Source: a bacterium (GTDB taxonomy: Bacteria > Zhuqueibacterota > Zhuqueibacteria > Oceanimicrobiales > Oceanimicrobiaceae). From it: a stretch of DNA of 32,538 nt. Shown here piece by piece: positions 26,913 to 32,538 of this stretch (its first letter is position 1; each line of letters starts with the position of its first letter). The stretch is from the NCBI GenBank assembly GCA_037446635.1, contig JBBIIG010000043.1, forward strand, positions 1 through 32,538, given 5' to 3'. The notes below the pieces were generated by a model. It was not told where the DNA came from and did no database searches. It saw only the letters and a program-made list of their open reading frames with translations. Both the position numbers and the translations under genes were made by a program.

Positions 26913-26951
26913 GCAAAAATAAGGCAATGAAATTGGTACTTTCCTTAGCAG

Positions 26952-27166
26952 TCATTCCCGTGTGATTGTTGCGGGAAAATCTCCTAAACCAACGAGGTCA
27001 AAAAGACTCGCGCCTTCGAGAAATTCTACCAGCACATCGAGGTCGCTATTTTTCTTTTGCTCTCCGCGAGAATAGCAGCCAAATATCCCTTTGAGTTCGG
27101 CTTTATATTCTCGGCGAACTTGGGGTTTCAGGGATTCGAGGGTTTGAGGATTTGGTCTTTTGTCAT
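26952..27166 (-). pseudogene. Degraded minimal nucleotidyltransferase (MNT antitoxin-type)
   Basis: ATG at 27166 gives MTKDQILK; a 1-nt frameshift leads into TLESLKPQVRREYKAELKGIFGCYSRGEQKKNSDLDVLVEF...SLFDLVGLGDF. The GS motif is changed to GC and the C-terminal KVDLV strand is missing. Confidence 0.85.
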
Positions 27167-27184
27167 TTCTGGACAAATCTTTTT

Positions 27185-27263
27185 GGACGCTGATTACGCC
27201 GATTTTCTCAAATTCAAGAGTTCTCCATTTAAAAATCAGCGTTAATCTGCGTAATCTGCGTCC
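27185..27263. repeat. Inverted ACGCAGATT 9-mer arrays downstream of guaA
   Basis: ggacgctgattacgccgatttt (27185-27206) versus aaaatcagcgttaatctgcgtaatctgcgtcc (27232-27263). Confidence 0.85.
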
Positions 27264-27267
27264 AGTT

Positions 27268-28815
27268 TTACTCCCACTCAATCGTACTCGGCGGCTTCGA
27301 GCTGACATCATACACCACGCGATTCACGCCGCGCACTTCGTTGATGATGCGATTGGAAATCGCGCCCAAGAGATCGTACGGCAGCCGCGCCCAGTCCGCG
27401 GTCATGCCGTCGAGGCTGGTAACCGCGCGCAGGCCGACGACGTTCTCGTACGTGCGCTGGTCGCCCATCACGCCCACGGTTTTCACCGGCAGCAGCACCG
27501 CAAACGCCTGCCACACTTGATCGTACCAGCCGCGGCGCCGCAGCTCCTCGATGAAAATCCAATCGACTTCGCGGAGCAGGTTCAAGCGTTCTTCGGTGAC
27601 TTCGCCCAAAATGCGCACCGCCAATCCCGGCCCCGGAAACGGGTGGCGCCTCAGAATCTTATCGGGGATGCCGAGCTGCTGGCCGACGCGCCGCACTTCG
27701 TCTTTGAACAACTCCCGCAGCGGCTCGATGAGTTTCAGGTTCATGCGCTCCGGCAACCCGCCCACGTTGTGATGGGTTTTGATGGTCGCCGACGGCCCTT
27801 GCGTGGATACGCTTTCGATCACGTCGGGATAAAGCGTGCCCTGCACAAGGTACTCGACGCCGCTGATTTTCTCAGCCTCTTTTTCAAAAACTTCGATGAA
27901 GGTATTGCCGATGATTTTGCGCTTTTCCTCCGGATGGGTTACGCCGGACAGCCGCTTCAAAAACAATCGCGCGGCGTCCACCACCACCAAGTTTCCTTGA
28001 AAATAATTATCGAACGTATCTTTTACGCTCTGCGCTTCGCCTTTGCGCAACAATCCGGTGTCCACAAAGACGCAGGTGAGTTGGCCGCCGATGGCGCGCT
28101 GCACCAGCGCCGCCGCCACCGCCGAATCGACGCCGCCGCTGAGGGCGCAGATAGCGTGCGCCTTCCCAACTTTTTCTTTGATCTCCGCCACCGTTGCCGC
28201 AACAAACGACTCCGGCGTCCACGTGCCTTTGCAGCCGCAAATTTCAAAAGCAAAATTTCGTAGGATGGTTTTGCCTTCGACGGTGTGCGCCACTTCGGGA
28301 TGAAACTGCACGCCGTAAAGTTTGCGCTCGCGATTCGCCACCGCCGCGAATTTGGAATTGGCGGTTTCCGCCAACACCTGAAATCCCGCCGGCAGCGCGT
28401 GCAGCGCGTCGCCGTGGCTCATCCACACTTGCGTTAGCTGGCTGACGTTCTTGAGCAAATCTTCGTTCTGATCAATTTTGAGCTGCGCCAATCCGTACTC
28501 GCGCCGCGCCGCAGATTCAACTTTGCCACCTAAAAAATGAGCCAGAAGTTGCAGGCCATAACAGATACCGAGCAGCGGGATGTTCAACTCAAGAATTTTC
28601 GGATCCGGCAGCGGGGCGTCCGAATCATAAACTGAACTCGGGCCGCCGGACAAAATAATTCCCTGCGGGCGATAAGTCAGGATTTCCTCAATCGCAATAT
28701 TGAACGGCTTGATTTCGCAATACACGCCCAACTCGCGGATGCGGCGGGCGATGAGCTGGGTGTATTGTGAGCCGAAATCGAGAATGAGAATAAAATCTTC
28801 GGGATGGGTTTTCAT
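27268..28815 (-). CDS. guaA: GMP synthase (glutamine-hydrolysing)
   Basis: [68 protein letters not shown]. Confidence 0.99.
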   Translation of the reverse strand: MKTHPEDFILILDFGSQYTQLIARRIRELGVYCEIKPFNIAIEEILTYRPQGIILSGGPSSVYDSDAPLPDPKILELNIPLLGICYGLQLLAHFLGGKVESAARREYGLAQLKIDQNEDLLKNVSQLTQVWMSHGDALHALPAGFQVLAETANSKFAAVANRERKLYGVQFHPEVAHTVEGKTILRNFAFEICGCKGTWTPESFVAATVAEIKEKVGKAHAICALSGGVDSAVAAALVQRAIGGQLTCVFVDTGLLRKGEAQSVKDTFDNYFQGNLVVVDAARLFLKRLSGVTHPEEKRKIIGNTFIEVFEKEAEKISGVEYLVQGTLYPDVIESVSTQGPSATIKTHHNVGGLPERMNLKLIEPLRELFKDEVRRVGQQLGIPDKILRRHPFPGPGLAVRILGEVTEERLNLLREVDWIFIEELRRRGWYDQVWQAFAVLLPVKTVGVMGDQRTYENVVGLRAVTSLDGMTADWARLPYDLLGAISNRIINEVRGVNRVVYDVSSKPPSTIEWE

Positions 28816-28826
28816 CAGGCATTACC

Positions 28827-28860
28827 ACGTTTACTAAACCGCGAAAGGTTTAGTAAACGT
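28827..28860. repeat. Perfect 14-bp intergenic palindrome between surE and guaA
   Basis: acgtttactaaacc-gcgaaa-ggtttagtaaacgt. Confidence 0.85.
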
Positions 28861-28872
28861 TACTATCTACTT

Positions 28873-29631
28873 TCACGGCGTGATTCCCCACGATTTCAAT
28901 TCATCCAAATAGCGATAATTCGTCAGGTCGTAGTGAATGGGGGTAATGGAAACATAGTTTTTCAAAATGGCAAAATCATCGACGTTTAGGTCTTCTTCAA
29001 TTTTCACTTTCTTGCCAGTAAGCCAGTAATAAACGCGGTTGGCCGGATCGATGCGTTTGTCGAAGTGTTCCATGTACGCGGCTTTGCCCTGGCGGGTGAT
29101 CGCCACCCCGCGAATTTCTTCCTCCTTTGCCGGCGGCACGTTGACGTTCAGAAACGTGCCCTGCGGCAAACCTTTTTCATAAACGATCTTCGCGAGCTTG
29201 GCGGCAAATTTCGCGGCGTAAGTGAAATCGGGATTCGTGAAAGTGGTGAGGGAAATCGCAAACGACGGGATGTTCAAAATCGTACCCTCGGTGGCGGCGG
29301 AAACCGTACCGGAGTAAATCACGTTCATGCCGGAATTGGAGCCGAGATTGATTCCGGAAACCACTAACTCCGGCTTTTTTTCGAGCAGCGCCCAATAGGC
29401 GATCTTCACGCAATCGGCGGGCGTGCCCTTGATGGCATAGCCGAAAAACTCGCCGTTCTTTTCGAAATTCCAAACCCGCAGCGGATCGGAAAGGGTGATG
29501 GCATGGCCGACGGCGCTCTTCTCGCTGTCCGGCGCCACGACGCTAACCTCGCCGATCTTAATTAATTCTTTGTGCAGCGCCGCTAAACCCGGCGCGTTGA
29601 TGCCGTCATCGTTGGTCAATAGGATTCGCAT
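28873..29631 (-). CDS. surE: 5'/3'-nucleotidase SurE
   Basis: ILLTNDDGINAPG, GTPADCV, VVSGINLGSN, YSGTVSAATEG, LNVNVP, VSITPI. Confidence 0.98.
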   Translation of the reverse strand: MRILLTNDDGINAPGLAALHKELIKIGEVSVVAPDSEKSAVGHAITLSDPLRVWNFEKNGEFFGYAIKGTPADCVKIAYWALLEKKPELVVSGINLGSNSGMNVIYSGTVSAATEGTILNIPSFAISLTTFTNPDFTYAAKFAAKLAKIVYEKGLPQGTFLNVNVPPAKEEEIRGVAITRQGKAAYMEHFDKRIDPANRVYYWLTGKKVKIEEDLNVDDFAILKNYVSITPIHYDLTNYRYLDELKSWGITP

Positions 29632-29635
29632 GATA

Positions 29636-29749
29636 CGTTTGTAGTAACTCTTTTAGGAGTTCATTGTTTTGGTGCCCAAAGGCATCACTAAAAGCGAATG
29701 CGTTTGTAGTAACCTCTTTAGGGGTTGTGCCTAAGGCACAACTACAAAC
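29636..29749. repeat. Tandem GTAG-type REP doublets between accD and surE
   Basis: cgtttgtagtaac at 29636 and at 29701, each followed by a short hairpin; the second closes with actacaaac (29741-29749). Confidence 0.8.
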
Positions 29750-29752
29750 TCT

Positions 29753-30683
<931 letters not shown>

Positions 30684-30697
<14 letters not shown>

Positions 30698-31196
30698 CTC
30701 TTGTTTCCTCCTCTAAATAGAGACTCAACAACAGTGCGTCCTCCTTCTCCCGGGAGTAATAGTTCTTCCGTAATCCCACCCGTTCAAACCCGTGTTTGAA
30801 ATATAAGCGCTGCGCGGCTAAATTGGAGCGGCGCACCTCGAGGTGTATTTTGCGAACGCCAACAAGTTTCATAACGGCAATAAACCTCTCCAGCAAAAGA
30901 CTGCCGAGACCTTGTTGACGAAACTCGCGCGCCACGGCAAACGCGCCGATGTGCGCTTCATCATCGAGGCGCCAGCCAATGAGGTACGCACACACCTGGC
31001 CGCGAAACTCAGCCACCAACGTCTCCGCCAACGGATTGCTGGCGAGCTCCGAGGCAATGGCCTCCGCGGACCACGGCAGCGAAGAGGCCTCTTTTTCGAT
31101 CTCCGCCACCCGCGCTGCATCCGCGACTTGCATTTCGCGGATTTGAATTCCGGCAAGTCGGGAGGTTTGAATTTTAGTTTCGACCGGCAAAATCAT
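30684..31196 (-). CDS. rimI: Ribosomal-protein-alanine N-acetyltransferase
   Basis: PWS, DEAHI, RQQGLG, LEVRRSNLAAQRLYFKHGF..GLRKNYY..EDAL; lies downstream of tsaB. Confidence 0.92.
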
Positions 31197-31863
31197 AATT
31201 ATAAACTTTGCGCTTGGGCTGAAAATCCTTCAAATAAAACGGCTCGAGGCTTTCTAAATCGGCGAGCTCGTTACGCAGCAGTTTTTGATATCCCAATCGC
31301 GCGACGGTCAGGGCGCTGGACAGCGGCGTATCATCTCCAAAAACCAGTTTTTGGTTGGTGAACCGTGAACGCAACTCGGCTGGAGAGGCCACCACCAGCG
31401 ACCCCGCTGCCAGTGAACGATTGAGGGTTTCGAGATCGGCGATTTGATAATCGGAAACGCGCGTGGCAGTATTGCCGTCGTTTTCGTAGAGCGCGCAATA
31501 GACTTCCTCGGCGCGCGCTTTAATGACGGCGCAGATTTTTCCACGCCAGAAACGCGCTTCGTGGGCCAGGGCGTCGAGGGTGTTCACCGCCGCCAACGGC
31601 GCATCTGCGCTGAACGCGAGACCTTTTGCAACCGAAATTCCAATCCGAAGTCCGGTGAACGAACCGGGGCCAATGGAAACGGCGAGTCCGTCCAATTCTG
31701 CAATTTGCCAATCGGCGTCTCTCAACAACGTTGCGATGGCCGCGACCAACTTTTCGTTGTGGACGTTTCGTTGGTGAATTCGATACTCGGCCACCAGTTG
31801 CTGAGCCGCGGTCAATGCCGCGCCGCAGATATCGCTGGCGGTGTCGATAGAGAGAATTTTCAT
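31174..31863 (-). CDS. tsaB: tRNA t6A biosynthesis protein TsaB
   Basis: ILSIDTA, VSIGPGSFTGLRIGISVAKGLA, LEPFYLK. Confidence 0.96.
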   Translation of the reverse strand: MKILSIDTASDICGAALTAAQQLVAEYRIHQRNVHNEKLVAAIATLLRDADWQIAELDGLAVSIGPGSFTGLRIGISVAKGLAFSADAPLAAVNTLDALAHEARFWRGKICAVIKARAEEVYCALYENDGNTATRVSDYQIADLETLNRSLAAGSLVVASPAELRSRFTNQKLVFGDDTPLSSALTVARLGYQKLLRNELADLESLEPFYLKDFQPKRKVYNYDFAGRN

Positions 31864-32336
31864 AATCGCTTAATTTGAATTTCACGGCGGTTTGGCGCGC
31901 CCAAATCAAAACGATTGCGCAAATGAATCTCGATTCTTTTTGGGGGAAGAAAATCGAGAATGCGATCCGCCCACTCGATCAGGCAGAGGCCGCCGCCGTA
32001 AAAGTAATCTTCCCAGCCGAGCTGCCAGATATCGTCGGCATTTTGGATGCGATAAAAATCGAAATGATAAATTGGCAGGCGGCCGGTGTATTCATGAATC
32101 AGAATGAAGGTGGGGCTGGTGACATCCCCGTTCACCTCCAACGCTTCGCAGATGCCAGCAATGAAGGTGGTTTTGCCGCTGCCTAATTCGCCGAAAAAAG
32201 CCACGACGTCGCCGGCAGCCAGCGTCTCTGCAAACTCGCCAGCAATGCGTTTGGTTTCTTCGGGGCTGGTGCTGATGAAATGTTCCTCGGCCGCGGAACG
32301 CGTCGAACTCAATTGGGTTTCGGTTTCTGGATACAT
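31860..32336 (-). CDS. tsaE: tRNA t6A biosynthesis ATPase TsaE
   Basis: GELGSGKTTF, VTSPTF, YHFDFYRI, CLIEWAD. Confidence 0.97.
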   Translation of the reverse strand: MYPETETQLSSTRSAAEEHFISTSPEETKRIAGEFAETLAAGDVVAFFGELGSGKTTFIAGICEALEVNGDVTSPTFILIHEYTGRLPIYHFDFYRIQNADDIWQLGWEDYFYGGGLCLIEWADRILDFLPPKRIEIHLRNRFDLGAPNRREIQIKRL

Positions 32337-32357
32337 GATTCGGTTTTTGAGGATGAC

Positions 32358-32537
32358 TTAACTGCTTTTCGGCTCCAAAGTCGCGATCGGTAAAATCATC
32401 TCTTCCATAGAAACGCCGCCGTGCTGAAGGCTGTCTCGGAAATAGTTCAAATAATAATGATAATTGGTGGGGTAAACAAAATAATAATCTTCTTTTGCGA
32501 TTAAATAGTTTGTATTGATTCCCTTCGATGGCTGCTT
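32358..32537 (-). CDS. porX: C-terminus of a PorX-like response regulator / PglZ alkaline-phosphatase-domain protein (partial)
   Basis: Not in the ORF track. Minus strand reads KQPSKGINTNYLIAKEDYYFVYPTNYHYYLNYFRDSLQHGGVSMEEMILPIATLEPKSS*. It has the PglZ-type HGGxSxEE motif and the position directly upstream of tsaE seen for Bacteroidota porX. Confidence 0.8.
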   Translation of the reverse strand, partial: KQPSKGINTNYLIAKEDYYFVYPTNYHYYLNYFRDSLQHGGVSMEEMILPIATLEPKSS

Positions 32538-32538
32538 C

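Noticed and set aside
26800..26950. glmS ribozyme upstream of glmS
   Set aside because: The leader is short and AT-rich with only a 5-bp hairpin (26856-26869); I see no ribozyme core.
27167..27311. N-terminal part of the 119-aa ORF 26952..27311
   Set aside because: It runs through the guaA end and the inverted repeat; the real MNT start is the out-of-frame ATG at 27166.
27160..28263. Long + strand ORF (367 aa), and similar shadow ORFs at 14118..15344, 17941..18912, 23166..24074 and 25939..26847
   Set aside because: They are antisense to well-conserved genes (guaA, recC, recB, LpoA-like, glmS), expected from GC-rich codon bias, and show no recognisable motifs.

Overview
A 32.5 kb chromosomal segment from a GC-rich diderm bacterium; the gene set suggests the FCB superphylum, possibly candidate division KSB1 (inference). 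Left to right: the 3' part of a MacB/FtsX-type ABC permease, a small hypothetical gene, msrA, a short divergent rho paralogue, an orphan ABC-permease C-terminal fragment, an AT-rich KRFED-heptad membrane protein, another small hypothetical gene and an Oar-like TonB-dependent receptor. Next is a four-gene minus-strand envelope operon: an Ala-rich lipoprotein, a YafK/DpaA-like YkuD enzyme, an ErfK/YbiS-like L,D-transpeptidase and a cysteine-less YkuD-like protein. Then recC-recB-recD, a frameshifted DUF4160 remnant, and a long minus-strand run: porX-like (partial), tsaE, tsaB, rimI, accD, surE, guaA, an MNT pseudogene, glmS, an LpoA-like protein, a phasin-like protein and an OM beta-barrel. I saw no rRNA, tRNA, CRISPR array or transposase. 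Two things stand out. (1) Several families of small REP-like palindromes occur in intergenic gaps and also in frame inside all three RecBCD subunits. These include a 99-bp unit in recD bounded by a 9-bp direct repeat and a 27-bp double hairpin with a compensatory base change. (2) The lipoprotein/YkuD operon looks like a self-contained attach/detach system tethering the outer membrane to peptidoglycan, analogous to but not homologous with Lpp/Ldt/DpaA. All family assignments come from motif recognition by eye; no database searches were run.
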